A stretch of DNA of 63,776 bases, counting the filler, from Reticulomyxa filosa (Eukaryota > Protista > Foraminifera), in NCBI GenBank assembly GCA_000512085.1. It is 20 parts of 20 records of this genome, joined end to end, with 100 filler letters (N's around TTAATTAATTAA, not from the genome) between each part and the next. Parts side by side here need not be neighbours in the genome. Positions count along the whole stretch, not along the records: positions 12,659 to 16,384 come from ASPP01023986.1; positions 16,485 to 20,510 come from ASPP01040130.1; positions 20,611 to 23,938 come from ASPP01011465.1; positions 24,039 to 25,069 come from ASPP01027510.1; positions 25,170 to 28,831 come from ASPP01002545.1; 15 more parts are not named here. One strand, given 5' to 3'. The number at the start of each line of letters is the position of its first letter. Within the stretch, counting starts at the first letter, position 1. Under the pieces are notes generated by a model. That model was given only the letters and a program-made list of their open reading frames with translations. It was not told the origin of the DNA and did not search any database. The position numbers and the translations under genes were made by a program. Positions 13,851 through 26,673 of the stretch are shown piece after piece.

Positions 13851-13886
13851 GTTTGTCGTGCTTTTTAGAATTGAAATCCGGTTTCT

Positions 13887-14192
13887 TTAGCCTTTGAGGC
13901 TGCCCAAGTCTTCTACGTTGATGGTGTCCAGGTTACGGAACAGAACCACCAGGATCGCCAGACCGATGGCGGATTCAGCAGCTGCCACGGTCAGGATGAA
14001 GAAGACGAAAATCTGCCCTGCCGAATCCGACAGGTAGTGCGAGAAAGCGATGAAGTTGTAGTTCACCGCGAGCAGCATCAGCTCGATGGCCATCAGCAGC
14101 ACGATGAGGTTTTTCCGGTTCAGGAAAATACCCAGCACGCTGATGGCGAACAGGATGCCGGCCAGCACCAGGAAGTGTGTGAGTGTAAGCAC
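13887..14192 (-). CDS. nuoK: NADH-quinone oxidoreductase subunit K
   Basis: [41 protein letters not shown]. Likely GTG start at 14192 with a GGAGG Shine-Dalgarno at 14197-14201. Confidence 0.97.
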   Translation of the reverse strand: MLTLTHFLVLAGILFAISVLGIFLNRKNLIVLLMAIELMLLAVNYNFIAFSHYLSDSAGQIFVFFILTVAAAESAIGLAILVVLFRNLDTINVEDLGSLKG

Positions 14193-14214
14193 GTGTCCTC
14201 CCAATCTACGGCCG

Positions 14215-14862
14215 TCAGGCCTGTTGCTCGTTAGAATCGGATACGGCGTCGTCTTGGCGCTTCACAGCGTCCATTTTCACGACACGTACGCGGTCTTTGC
14301 TCTGCACGCGTACTTGTACCCCCGGATCGACATACTTGCTGTCCTTGCGCTGACGGATGGTGATGCCGATAGCAGCCACCATGGCCACCAGCAGGATCAC
14401 GGCCGCGGCTTCAAAAGCCAGCAGGTAGGTGGTGTACAGCTGACGACCCAGCACCTTCACGTTGCTGATCTCGCCGGCGGCAGCGGCCGCAGCGGCCGGC
14501 TTCACGTCGGCCAGGTGGGCTTCCGGGCTGGACAGAATCAGCACCATCTCGGCCACCATGATCAGGGCCACGAAGGCTGCCTGCGGGAAGTGGCGCCAGA
14601 AGCCTTCACGCAGCTTCTCGACGTTGATGTCCAGCATCATCACCACAAACAGGAACAGCACCATGACCGCGCCGACGTACACCAGTACCAGTGCAATCGC
14701 GAGGAATTCCGCTTGCAGCAGCAGCCAGTGGCCGGACGCCGTGAAGAATGCCAGCACCAGGTACAGCGCAGCGTGTACCGGGTTTTTTGCCGTCACCACG
14801 CGGAAACCCGCGAAGATCAGGATCGCCGACAGAATATAGAAAACGACAGCCTGAAAGCTCAT
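14215..14862 (-). CDS. nuoJ: NADH-quinone oxidoreductase subunit J
   Basis: [53 protein letters not shown]. Confidence 0.97.
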   Translation of the reverse strand: MSFQAVVFYILSAILIFAGFRVVTAKNPVHAALYLVLAFFTASGHWLLLQAEFLAIALVLVYVGAVMVLFLFVVMMLDINVEKLREGFWRHFPQAAFVALIMVAEMVLILSSPEAHLADVKPAAAAAAAGEISNVKVLGRQLYTTYLLAFEAAAVILLVAMVAAIGITIRQRKDSKYVDPGVQVRVQSKDRVRVVKMDAVKRQDDAVSDSNEQQA

Positions 14863-14871
14863 GAATCCCCC

Positions 14872-15360
14872 TTAGCGATACTTGGCATCGGCAGCCTTGT
14901 TGGCCGCGATTTCGGCTTCGTACTTGTCACCTACCGCCAGCAGCATCGGTTTGGTGTAGTACAGATCGCCACGTTTCTCGCCGTGATATTCGAAGATATG
15001 CGTCTCGACGATGGCATCCACCGGGCAGGCTTCCTCGCAGAAGCCGCAGAAGATGCACTTGGTCAAGTCGATATCGTAGCGGCTGGTACGGCGGGTGCCG
15101 TCGTCGCGCTGTTCGGACTCGATGGTGATGGCCATGGCCGGGCACACCGCTTCGCACAGCTTACAGGCGATGCAGCGCTCCTCGCCGTTAGCGTAACGGC
15201 GCTGGGCGTGCAGGCCGCGGAAGCGCGGCGAAATCGGAGTCTTCTCTTCCGGGAACTGGACGGTGATCTTGCGGGCAAAGAAGTGACGACCGGTCACCAT
15301 CAAGCCCTGCACCAGTTCTACCAGCAGGAAGGTTTTGAAAAAATTGCGGATCATTTCCAT
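14872..15360 (-). CDS. nuoI: NADH-quinone oxidoreductase subunit I (2x[4Fe-4S])
   Basis: [12 protein letters not shown] and [12 protein letters not shown] ferredoxin motifs; SPRFRGLH. Confidence 0.98.
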   Translation of the reverse strand: MEMIRNFFKTFLLVELVQGLMVTGRHFFARKITVQFPEEKTPISPRFRGLHAQRRYANGEERCIACKLCEAVCPAMAITIESEQRDDGTRRTSRYDIDLTKCIFCGFCEEACPVDAIVETHIFEYHGEKRGDLYYTKPMLLAVGDKYEAEIAANKAADAKYR

Positions 15361-15373
15361 GCTTTATGCTCCA

Positions 15374-16384
15374 TCACTTCCACAGCGACAGCGGACTCAG
15401 CATCCACACGCCCAGAACCAGAATCGAAACCAGCGTCACCGGAATGAACACCTTCCAGCCCAGACGCATGATCTGGTCATAGCGGTAGCGCGGGAACGTT
15501 GCACGGAACCACAGGAAGCAGAACAGCACCAGCGACATCTTCACCAGCAGCCACAGCATGCTGGCAGTACCCAGCGCGCCCCAGCTGGCCGGGAACGGCG
15601 ACAGCCAGCCACCCAGGAACATGATGGAGGTCAGTGCCGCCACCAGGATCATGTTGGCGTATTCGGCCAGGAAGAAGATGGCAAAGGCCATGCCGGAGTA
15701 TTCCACGTGGAAACCGGCCACGATCTCGGATTCACCTTCGGCCACGTCGAACGGCGCACGGTTGGTCTCGGCGACGCCGGAGATCAGGTACACCAGGAAC
15801 AACGGGAACAGCGGCAGCCAGTTCCAGGAGAAGATGGAACCACCGGCAATGCCCTGCCCTTGCTGATTGACGATGTCGATCAGGTTCAGGCTGCTGGTAA
15901 CCATCATCACGCCGACCAGGGCAAAGCCCATAGCCAGTTCGTAGGACACGATCTGTGCCGACGAACGCAGCGCGCCCAGGAAGGAGTACTTGGAGTTACC
16001 TGCCCAGCCGGCAACGATCACGCCATACACGCCCATCGAGGTGATGGCCATGATGTACAGCAGCGACGCGTTGATGTTGGCCAGCACCATGGTGTCGTTG
16101 AACGGAATCACCGCCCAGGCTGCCAGCGCCGGCATGATGGCCAGCACCGGAGCAACCAGGAACAGCCCCTTGCTCGACTGGGTCGGCAGGATGATTTCCT
16201 TCATCAACAGCTTGACGCCGTCAGCCAGTGGCTGCAGCAGCCCTTTCGGGCCGACGCGGTTGGGGCCGATACGGATCTGCATGTAGCCGATCACCTTACG
16301 CTCGGCGAGCGTCAGGTAGGCCACACCAATCATCAGCGGAGCAACGATGGCAACGATCTTCAGCAGTGTCCACACTGCCAGACC
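15374..16384 (-). CDS. nuoH: NADH-quinone oxidoreductase subunit H (5'-truncated by contig edge)
   Basis: [56 protein letters not shown]. Confidence 0.97.
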   Translation of the reverse strand, partial: GLAVWTLLKIVAIVAPLMIGVAYLTLAERKVIGYMQIRIGPNRVGPKGLLQPLADGVKLLMKEIILPTQSSKGLFLVAPVLAIMPALAAWAVIPFNDTMVLANINASLLYIMAITSMGVYGVIVAGWAGNSKYSFLGALRSSAQIVSYELAMGFALVGVMMVTSSLNLIDIVNQQGQGIAGGSIFSWNWLPLFPLFLVYLISGVAETNRAPFDVAEGESEIVAGFHVEYSGMAFAIFFLAEYANMILVAALTSIMFLGGWLSPFPASWGALGTASMLWLLVKMSLVLFCFLWFRATFPRYRYDQIMRLGWKVFIPVTLVSILVLGVWMLSPLSLWK

Positions 16385-16519
16385 NNNNNNNNNNNNNNNN
16401 NNNNNNNNNNNNNNNNNNNNNNNNNNNNTTAATTAATTAANNNNNNNNNNNNNNNNNNNNNNNNNNNNNNNNNNNNNNNNNNNNTTTTTTTTTTATGCAA
16501 CACCGCGCAATATACACAA

Positions 16520-17800
16520 CCAATTATGGTAAAGAAAAGCAATTTGTGCGTCATTTCAGAAGACAACAACAAAAAGATTTTTTTCCAAATGGAACATCGA
16601 TTGAAATGAAAGGTTATGAATTAAAAATAATTTGTCGGCATATATAACACGTATAATTATACTTTCACCATCGCATCCACAAGTGGAGTATCTTTAATGG
16701 CCAACTTTTCATATCCCATTGCAAACTATATCTCGGGCTGTTGTGCAAGCATTGAAACCCACAACATTTGAATGGTGTAGTGAAAGCATTACACGCATTA
16801 TCCTCGACAATAGGTGGATATTGGTACTGTCCGCAGACACTTGACCACCTCCGACAATATCGTCACTCAAATTGCTTGCCTGTCAAATTCGTATTGTCAC
16901 AAACAATCAAATATCGAACCAGCGTATTATAAAATGGCTTCCAATTCGTCGAATAGGTGCATCATTGGGCAAAGGCACTGTTGGAAAACTATTTGGACGC
17001 AATTGCACGTGACAACGTATCGCAGTCAGGCTAAGCAATTTTCGAAGTCACTCAACAAAATGATCGATTGTCATCTCGGGAGCAAGTCACAAATGTATCT
17101 CTGTCACATCGGGGATGAGGGAAACGACGTGAATTCATGTCTATTGACAAAACACAGTGCAACCGTGTCGTTATCCAGCTCAATGTCCTCTTGGTACTTA
17201 TCACCAATTACATATCAAAAGTGTATATCGTGATAAGTTTATACAACCAGAGGAAGAAGGAACGAGAGGACAGTTTTATCGAAGTTGTTATAGTGAATGC
17301 ACCTTTAAACAATGGCAGCAGAGAATGATGGAGAATATTTAAGTGGATGCATACTTCACAGAAAATTTTCCTTGGGATGCAATTCTGACATTATTCAAGA
17401 TCAAAAATACAATGGATATATGTTGTCCAGAACAATAGGGGGGGAGGGGAAGACCATATGAAATAAAAAGAAAATACGAGAAATAGGCCAGAAGTGAAGG
17501 ATGCAGCTTTAGTTGAATGTTAGCATATCCAATCAAAGAAGTATATGCCGTCGTGAGAAGCAAGGCATGCCAGTTCATTGAGACAATGTGGACGAAGATG
17601 GCGACACAATAATCTCTTGGAGGTGCGTCACGCTTTTTACTAAGTCCACCTATTCGTTATCAAAATCGATCAAAAAGCAAAGCAATTGAAGTTAGACATT
17701 TATTATTGTTGTCTTTTTTTCTAAGCAATTTAAATTAATTTGTTGTTGTTTTCTATCTAAGGTTACCAGAACTGGGGTATACTAAGGCTGCAAGAAGTGA
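16520..17800 (+). pseudogene. Decayed DEAH/RHA-helicase-like copy related to that in contig 3
   Basis: TRIILDN (motif II-like, ~16791-16811) directly followed by ILVLSADT (motif III-like). Block ATTGAAGTTA...TTAATT(T)GTTGTT at ~17685-17750 is shared with 7706 and 9268. Boundaries approximate. Confidence 0.4.
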
Positions 17801-20610
17801 AGGTTATTGTGAACGAGTGATGGAGCCACAAATAAATAAATACTACTGCCTTGTCTGGGCAACCCAAGTCGAAGAAGTACAATCAAAATGAAGAACGCTT
17901 ATTTCTGCAAAAAAACGATTGCCCTCAGCTAATCAATCTCAAACGAAAAAAAGAAAATCATTTGCTGAAATGAAAAGACTTTTGGACATATAGCATTGAA
18001 ACATTATCTCAAATATGAAAACTTTTTGCAGCTGTTACAATAGAAAAGAAGTCTCAATAAACTGAAAGTGCCTGTTTGAAGAAATATTATTGTATCAATG
18101 GAACAGAAATATTTGGCAGTCTTCACATTGAATGAAAGATTATGGACAAACAATACACTTGGTGATATTGGTGCAAAGATGCAGCTTGGATTATCACAAG
18201 TATAGAATTAATTTTTGTTGTAAGATTTGATACACTCTGAGATGCTCAACATATATACAGCAAATGAAAAGCGATTTATTTACATTGAACACAGTCGCTG
18301 GTTGCTGTCGATATTCATTGAATATTTGTTATCATTGTTTTGAAAATAGTCCAAGTATTGAGATTTGATGTTAAGTAATTTATGTTAACACACTTTAGTT
18401 CTCTTTCTTACATGATATGACAATGTAAGGACATATACCACATTTGATTAATACAAAATAAAATAGTATCAAGAAGTAAATCTCATTTCCTCTCCGATCA
18501 AGTGAAATAGCAGTTGATGACAATGGACAGAGTTGCGTGCAAGCTATCACGATCAAAGGGGCATGATTTTCCAATTGTAGATTAAAAAAAAGAATTTCGT
18601 TCAAATTAACGAAGCATTGGCCCGAGATGAATTAACGTCATCGTTAAAGCATTTTTAATGTACTCATTAAAAAAAAGCTTGTTTGGGGAGTGACAGTGTA
18701 TTGGCTTATTTCCAAATTTTTTATCACTGACACCTTCAAACATTCTACATTCAATCTCCAAATTTTATGATTAAATAAGGGAACTTGTTGTATATTCCAA
18801 CATTCAATTATTGAGCATTTGAAACATTAAATATTCAATCTAAAATTTTGTAATTTTTGAAAAAAAGAACTGATTTTTATTGTTTTATTTAAAAGTAATT
18901 TGTTTTTCAGTTGTTGAAAAAACTTGATTCAAAAGGATATTCTCAAATTGATTGAACATCTGAATTACTCAAAGCATTCGAAAAAAATATTTGCTGAGAA
19001 TATGCAAGATAATATTTTGTGAACCCACTTAATTTTTTGCATGAAAGCCTTCAAAATAAAAAAAGAATGAAAAATCAAAATAAAAACATACACCATAACC
19101 AAAGACAACAAAACCTAAGTAAAAAAAAATTATACAAAAAATTGTTGAAGCAAGCATAATCAATATAATAACAAAAAAACTCCATGAAAAAATTTCATCC
19201 AACACTGTCGTTGTCAACATCAGGACTCACCTTGAAATACTATTCAACTTATAACAGAGAAAGAAAAAACGCTAAGTGTTTTAAGTTTTTTTTTAAGTTA
19301 GTTATGCTGAAATGTTTTGTAAGAAAAAATTCTTTGTTAAATAAAATCAATTTTAATCAATTCATTTATTACAAAAATTCAAAATACAGAATTCTTAATG
19401 TCAAGAACACTTGATCATTAAGACTATTTATACGTTGACATATAATATACAAAAAATTCGCTGGTGACCACATCAAAAAAGGGCCAAGACTATAGGGCCA
19501 ACACACCAAAAAAAGGGTGTATCTATTGTCCTTTTTTTAATTATCGCTTTTACAGGCATTACCTGCACCAACTAAGAATAATTGAGAATGCACCAGAGAA
19601 TTGGCCATTCTTTTTTGCAATTATTACAAAATAGATGTTATTGTCTTCTCATTGGCAATCATAAACTATTTGCTCGTGGACTTAGTGATACTTTCTGCAC
19701 AGTATTATGTCTCGACTTTTTTTTTGTTTCATTTTGAAATCTGTTCTTTTGTTTTTTTTTTGTGCTATTTATTTCAAAATGAAAAAAAGTTGGGTAATGT
19801 TCAACTTAACTTTAGGAGCTCTTGTACGGTGTTTTCGTTGTAGCAACGTCGTAAGAAAAACTTTAAAAAACTTAGAAAGTCAAGATGTCAAGGAATAATA
19901 ACGCGGTACTGGTTTTCATTTAAAAGGTCTTGTTCAAATGTTGATAGATTTAGATCTTCAAAAAAAACTTTTTTAGTCTAGAACTTTTTTTTTCCTGCTT
20001 GATATGAAAAGTATCGCAAAGTTATCTTGATCAAATATTTGAATCAAAAGTATTTTATTTTGATGAAATATGTTAATTAAAATTGAAAATTACAATTTTC
20101 TTTTTTCAGCAGTTGAGTAACCGTAAACACCTTTTTTTCTTTTCTTGGTCAAGTCGGAGTTCTGGGCTGGCGTTGAAGGATGGCCACACTGTACCAATGT
20201 TCCCACTCCAATAATGCACACATCATTAATTTGGCTGTCGGCACACTACAAGTCATTTCACTACAGCCACGTCCAACGGGTGCTAAGACCGTGTCAACAG
20301 CCATCACATATATAACCACACAGACAATCACATTAACAAACATCACAACGGTCATTCACACTGTCATCACACAAATTGGAATGTACGGGCAGCAGATGTG
20401 CGCCCAATCACGAAATTTGAAAAAAAAAGAGTCACTATTGTGACATTGCAATCCAGTAAGTTCATCATGTATTTCTTTCAATTAAAAAAAAAGATGGAGT
20501 TATGTAAAAANNNNNNNNNNNNNNNNNNNNNNNNNNNNNNNNNNNNNNNNNNNNTTAATTAATTAANNNNNNNNNNNNNNNNNNNNNNNNNNNNNNNNNN
20601 NNNNNNNNNN

Positions 20611-20860
20611 TTCAAGTTCTTTATTTTCATGTTCAACGTGTAACGTCCGCAGTTTGGATACATGCACAATCTTTTCACTCTTGATCTTAAGAGTTACTGG
20701 CCCCATACGTTGAATAACTGTATAAGGACCAACGAACTTTGGTAACAATTTGGACTTGTTTCCTACTCTTTGATCACCTACTCCGAAATTATCTTTATGT
20801 TTGTTCTTATTTTCGAATTGTATGCGTTTGTTGTTGTAATTTCTTTGTGCTGATAAATTT
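20611..20860 (-). mobile_element. Remnant of Ty3/Gypsy-type LTR-retrotransposon integrase C-terminus (GPY/F module)
   Basis: NFGVGDQRVGNKSKLLPKFVGPYTVIQRMGPVTLKIKSEKIVHVSKLR matches the F.VGD / KL.P...GPY.V / VHVS.L pattern. No core integrase domain is visible upstream. Confidence 0.7.
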
Positions 20861-21109
20861 GAAAAATAGAATTAATAAAATGTGAAATCATTTATTCAAT
20901 ATATCTATCAATATATCATTATATATGATTTACAAATAAAACATTTTTGTTGTTGCAGTTAAATGAAGTCAGGAACAAATGAGGAAATATTTTTTGATGA
21001 ATTTTTGAATGAAAAATGTTAAAAAAAAATAAAAAGTGATGAAGATGTATGGTACAAGTTAGTACAATAATCGACTTAGGTACTGTCTGCTTAAACAACA
21101 AATATTAGT

Positions 21110-21217
21110 TACGTTGATTCTGCAGTTCGGGAGAGACATGATGGTCGGCTTGAGTGTCTCGGTTGCTCATATGATCCAGCCCAGTGGTCATGTGAGCTAA
21201 CCCCACGCCGTTTTTTT
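21110..21217. ncRNA. Candidate structured small RNA (unassigned)
   Basis: GC-rich island with stems GAGACA/TGTCTC (21133-38/21155-60) and GGTT-GCTCATATGATC / GGTCATGTGAGC-T-AACC (21161-21202), followed by T7. Confidence 0.4.
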
Positions 21218-21575
21218 CTGACAATTTTTTCTCATCTTTTTACATTTTTTTAAAGAAAATACATGAAATTTATATTTTTTTTTCAAAAATACAAAAATTT
21301 GATTTATTTTAATGAAAAATGCGTGATAAATATGATTATCAACTTAATTAATGTTACAAAAAAAAATTCTGATGTAAAATTATACATATAATAAATAAAT
21401 ATATTTCAATTTTGAAATATTCCTTTTATTCACCAAAAAAAAAATGGTGCAAGTTTATAAAACAATGCAATGCAATCATAAAATTTATTTATACAAAGGC
21501 ATTACCAATATTGAAAAAATAGATATTGTTGAAAAAAAAACAAATGATATATTCGACTTTGATTTTCATTTTTAT

Positions 21576-22917
21576 TTATTCTGTTACAACATCAATTGCT
21601 TGGTCCCAAATTGCAACACAACCAATTGATTTATTTTTACTAGTCAACCATCCACGATACATTCCAGACGAATTCATACCAATACCAATATTTCCATAAC
21701 GATCGACACCAATCATTCCACCAGTGTCAGGTTTAAATGATTCATTAATATGACTCTGAATGGCTTGTTGAATGTCCATTTCTAAATACTTCATACGTGC
21801 ATGACAATCATATGCAGTGACATTTCGCACAAAGTCTTCTCCAAATCCAGTGCCAGAAATAGCGCAATATTCACCAGCATAATTTCCTGCTCCAATGATT
21901 GGAGTGTCACCAATTCGTCCACACATTTTATTTGTTCTTCCTCCAGTGCTTGTTGCAGCTGCTACACTGCCCTTATACATCACAACACAACCAACTGTTC
22001 CAAATCCATTTTCAGTTGATTTTTCTTGGATATGTTCATTTCCATTTATTTCAATCTTCTCCGTGACTTGATCTGTTTTGCCTTCGTTTTCACTTTTTTT
22101 TTTTTTTTTTAAAGAAATTTTTTTTTGCAACGTGTATACTCCAAACTTTTGTTAAAGTGTAAAAACAAAACTCTTGAGATGATTGAAGGTTTGCACGAGA
22201 TTCTTTCAGTTGTTGATTACGGTATTCGGTACTGAAATATGTGTTATCGACCAATTCGTGAAAAGTTCTTGGTCTGTATGACACCAAGTCACTTTCCTTA
22301 CTTGCAAACTCTTCTGCACCTTCTCCGACGAGCATTATATGAGGGGTACATGTCATTACATCACGAGCTAAACGGATTGGATTTTTAATATGGCGTAACA
22401 AGGCTGCACTTCCGCAATTTAAAGTTTTGCCTTCCATTATACTTGCTTCCAATTCGTGTTTGCCTAATTTTTTTAAAAGAAGATTTGTAAACATTTTGAT
22501 TTTTTTTTTTAATACAATAAAAAAAAATAAACCTGCAATATTGAAAACTGCTCCTTTTCCTGCATTAAATAACGGCTCATTTTCTAATAATATAACCACA
22601 TATTCAGCAATGTCACAAGCAGTTAATGATTCTTTTCCTTTTTTAATTTGCTCTTGAATGTATTTTGAAGATTCTCTTAGAACTCGAATTAATGCTTCGT
22701 ATCTCGATGTTGAATCAATGTTTGTTGCGATCGTTCCCGCACCGCCATGAAATACTATTGCATACTCGAGTTGGTCATGGTTTTTTTTTGAACAAGTCAA
22801 CAACGACAAGGCTTTTTTTGCTAAACCAGGTCTTAATTTTCTCATTACGTAAATTGCACTTATTAAAAACGTCAATAAGGCAAGTCGTTGAGTTGGTGTC
22901 ACGAAGCGGAAAGGCAT
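21576..22917 (-). CDS. Isoaspartyl peptidase / L-asparaginase (Ntn-hydrolase, ASRGL1/IaaA type), spliced
   Basis: HGGAG, LENEPLFNAGKGAVF, ELEASIMEG, NPIRLAR, nucleophile motif GTVGCV, AAATSTGG, GRIGDTPIIGAG, SGTGFGE. Likely ATG at 22917; two short introns. Confidence 0.93.
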
Positions 22918-23201
22918 AATTATTAATATTAATATTAATTTTCTAGAAGTTTCTTTTACAAAAAAAAGAGCACTGAACTTGGCCCTGTCTATAGTGATCA
23001 TTTAGAATTCTTTGTCTTTGAATATTTTTTTCCAGCAAGATTGTTTTGAATTAAACGTGTGGAATTCAATTCAAATTATTTCTTCAATGTGTTTCCATTG
23101 GAAATATTTGCCGAAAGATTTTAAGTATGTTGTAACGTCACTGAATGGACAGACGCAGTAATTTTTATATAAATTTTTTTTTATATTATAAAAAAAAAAA
23201 A

Positions 23202-23938
23202 TCATTTTAAACTGCTAACAACAAAGCCTTGACCTTCAAAAAGATTTCTTTGATCGGGATCATGGAACCCTTCAGCCCTTCCCACAATTGAGTAGGCAAC
23301 TTTGTTGTTTTCAAATGCATGCTTTAAGTGCTTATCAACAGCATTTTGCATAGTTTTTTTGTTAACACCGAGCAATTGTTCTCGATGCTCTTGTCTTATT
23401 GTTTCATCGACCCCTTGTGACAATTCATCCCAGCCTCTGTCGGAAGGAGAAATGGGGCAATCCAACGATCCAAAGATTCCCAACAAGGCTTCGTCGATAT
23501 GTTTTTCTGTGACCTTGTCACTCAATAACCATTCAATGCCACGTTGAAAGTTGTGAATGGTTTGAATGGACTGTGGGTCCCGATAACTAAACATTTTAAA
23601 CAAGTGTCTGCTCTGTGAGCTGCCACTCCCATAAGCCCCACCTTTTTCGCGAATTTCATGATGCAAAAAATTTGATCCTAGTACTTTGCCAGCAACACGC
23701 AAAGCAGCGCAGTCCACATGTCGATAAGGGACAGTAGGAACGGCGGCAGCACAAAAGTTTACTTGTGAAGAAGGAACGCCAAAATAATGTCGCAGCGGCG
23801 ATGTCTGTCGTTGAGACGCAGATATATTTTTAATGGCATCGCCGTGTTGCATCATTTCAAACAATTGGGGCCATAACTCGCGATCTGTTTCAAACCAATT
23901 TTGTTGTCTGCTATTGTGTGATGATGATGATGATGATG
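23202..23938 (-). CDS. PITRM1: Presequence protease / pitrilysin-family M16C metallopeptidase, C-terminal part
   Basis: QVNF, FLHHEIREKGGAYG, FSYRDP, IDEALLGIFGSLDCPISP. 5'-partial. Confidence 0.88.
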
Positions 23939-24379
23939 NNNNNNNNNNNNNNNNNNNNNNNNNNNNNNNNNNNNNNNNNNNNTTAATTAATTAANNNNNN
24001 NNNNNNNNNNNNNNNNNNNNNNNNNNNNNNNNNNNNNNAAAGACTAATTGATGAGGACACTGCCAATTCATAATAAAAAAAAAGCTTACAATAATGCGTT
24101 TTTGATTTTCAAGATATAACTAATTTGTTGTTGCTGTCGTATAAATGTTCTTTTTTCTTTTTCATCTGTGTGATGCATACGCAATTGAATAAAGAGTCCA
24201 GTTATTCAATCGGGATAGTAGATGTATTCTAACGGTATGCATAATGATCATTTATCACGTTTGTTCACTGATTTAGTTGCTCCCTTTTTTTTTTTGTTGT
24301 TTCAAAATAATTTTGAATATGATATATTGTTCATTATTTGTCTGTTTTTATACAATATCCAACATTTCTAACGAATGTT

Positions 24380-24660
24380 ATTTGGCAAAATTGATATACA
24401 CCATTAAATGATGAAAACTCAATGACACGAACAGCATTAGCGTATCCATTGAATACTTGAAATTGTTGATTATGTTCAATATCCCGAAAAACGTATAATT
24501 TTGCCAGCAGATGAAAAGCAAATGAAATTATGATGGTGTTTTTGATAAAGATATAATGAAAATTTTACACAATTTACAGTTGTTGCATCTTTATTGAATG
24601 AATGGATGAGTTTGTTAGTATTTAAATCACATACTACTTGACACAAAACAGATATATTGA
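24380..24660 (-). pseudogene. Decayed WD40-repeat gene of the expanded lineage-specific family
   Basis: NKLIHSFNKDATTVNCVKFS...ICFSSAGKIIRF / QFQVFNGYANAVRVIEFSSFNG, with frameshifts. Confidence 0.6.
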
Positions 24661-26673
24661 TGACAATTAAGTATTGAATCAATACTATTCGAAACAGTGT
24701 CGAACGAAAAAGCAAATCTTCCTTTTACATATACTTCTCTTTTGTATGTCACTTTAAATGACTCCAGATTACTTTGGGGATTATTTGATTATATCTGTTG
24801 ATAATGTCACGAGTTTTCTGTATTATAGTGCTTCTATCATAAAACATAAGATACAGAATGTTCGAAATGTGAAATAGTCTTACTAACAAAAATGTGGCAA
24901 AGAGAAAGCGTTGCTAACTTATCGTTGGCAAGTCCAACATGTTTGTGTTTTTGTTTATTTTTTTATTTTTAGCAAACAGAAGATCCAGTTTGTAGATCTT
25001 AAAATTTTTGAAAAAAAGTGATAATCTTTGTTGAAAATGCAAAGATAAAGTTTGAATTTAAAGTTATTANNNNNNNNNNNNNNNNNNNNNNNNNNNNNNN
25101 NNNNNNNNNNNNNTTAATTAATTAANNNNNNNNNNNNNNNNNNNNNNNNNNNNNNNNNNNNNNNNNNNNTCTTGGAAAAGCAAGTTGTACGATTTGTACA
25201 TTTGTCTTCATGTGATTCAAGGCAACTTTGTCATCGTTTTTATCACAATCGATAGGAATCTCTTTCGTATTATCAATACCATAAATAATATTCAATTTCT
25301 TTTTATGTTTCAAAATCTTTTTATTTTTGTTATCAAATGTAAATAATGACTTTTCAATCTTTTTGTGTTCTCGCACAATCTACAAACAAAATATTTTGAC
25401 AAAATTGTGTTGACTTTGCAAGACGTTGCGTATAGTCCGTAACTTCAAGTCAAAGTTCTGTTTTTGCGTCAGCTGTTCAAACTAGTGTTGTTCAAATTTT
25501 ATTTAGCACATGCACGCTAGCCAAGTAGTTGACAACTGTAGCGCTCATACACTGATTTGATCGTGAATATGCAAAAATTTGCACTTATATCATATAATGT
25601 GGATCACACGTTATTGTCGCAGATGCGTTTTGATTCAATATAGTCGTACAACGCGAAAGTGTAAAATGAATGATAATACATTAAGTATATGTTATTGCCA
25701 AATATAGCGACACTTGTTTCACTTAAGTCTGCAATATCTTGACTAGCTGCTGACAGGCGTCGAACAAGCACATTGACATGTAATATTAAACTTTATTATA
25801 GTGCATCTTCTGCATGTTTTCCTCGATCAATTGCAGCTAATGTGATCAATATTTAATTTATATATTTAGTTTGAAAAATTAATATCATTCGACAACTAAA
25901 AAAAGAACTCACTAAAACGAACACCTATGAACATTCACGTATTAATTTTGAAGAAATATTGATTTTTCATGAATATTTTTTAAATAATATTTACTGGTCG
26001 TAGATAATCCAAAATGTATTTGGTTTTTAATAAAAGTGTAGAAACCATGAAAAATCGTTAACGTTTTTTTCATTTTTGAAAATGATAAGAAAAATCAATG
26101 ATTCGCTACGATAAAGATAAAAATATTACACTTTTTATTTTGTTTTTTTTCTTGTACTATGCCTTTAGTATTTGGTAGTCATTCCTTTGCTATGGACTTG
26201 TTCGCATCGTGTTGGCATCAATATTCTTTGGATCATATCTTTAGACTTTGGACCTCAATATAAGTTTTTTTATACTTAATTTAAGTAAAATAGATTATTC
26301 ATTATGGAATAAAACGTTTTTACATTGTTCAAAGTATATTCTTTGTGTTTAATTGCATATTGTAATCTGATGATCTTCATTTACAAACAGTTTGCTGCCG
26401 ATACAAAACTTTACAATCATGCTTTGTGATATATATATATCTTTAAATACAGTTTCTAGTATCATATTGGCAGAATTAAATCGACAATATCTGTTCTGAC
26501 AGTTGAGTTTTGCACTGTAAATTGTAAATAAAATGGAAAATAGAATAAAACATAAATTAGGATTAAATTGGAAGAAAAGAGCGTAAGAAGATAGTGATAT
26601 GGCAGGAAGAGAAAAGAGTGATTGACAAAAATACATGTAATCAAATATTTCTAATGCTAACACAATACTATGA

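Noticed and set aside
12740-16432. Long plus-strand ORFs (e.g. 14086-15447, 15335-16432, 12740-13435)
   Set aside because: Antisense shadows of GC-rich nuo genes; no recognisable motifs.
21165-21200. ATGATCC..CAGTGGTC resembling the tRNA-Sec 5' region; also CTTCAA loop at 52679-52684
   Set aside because: No cloverleaf, T-loop or acceptor stem can be built.
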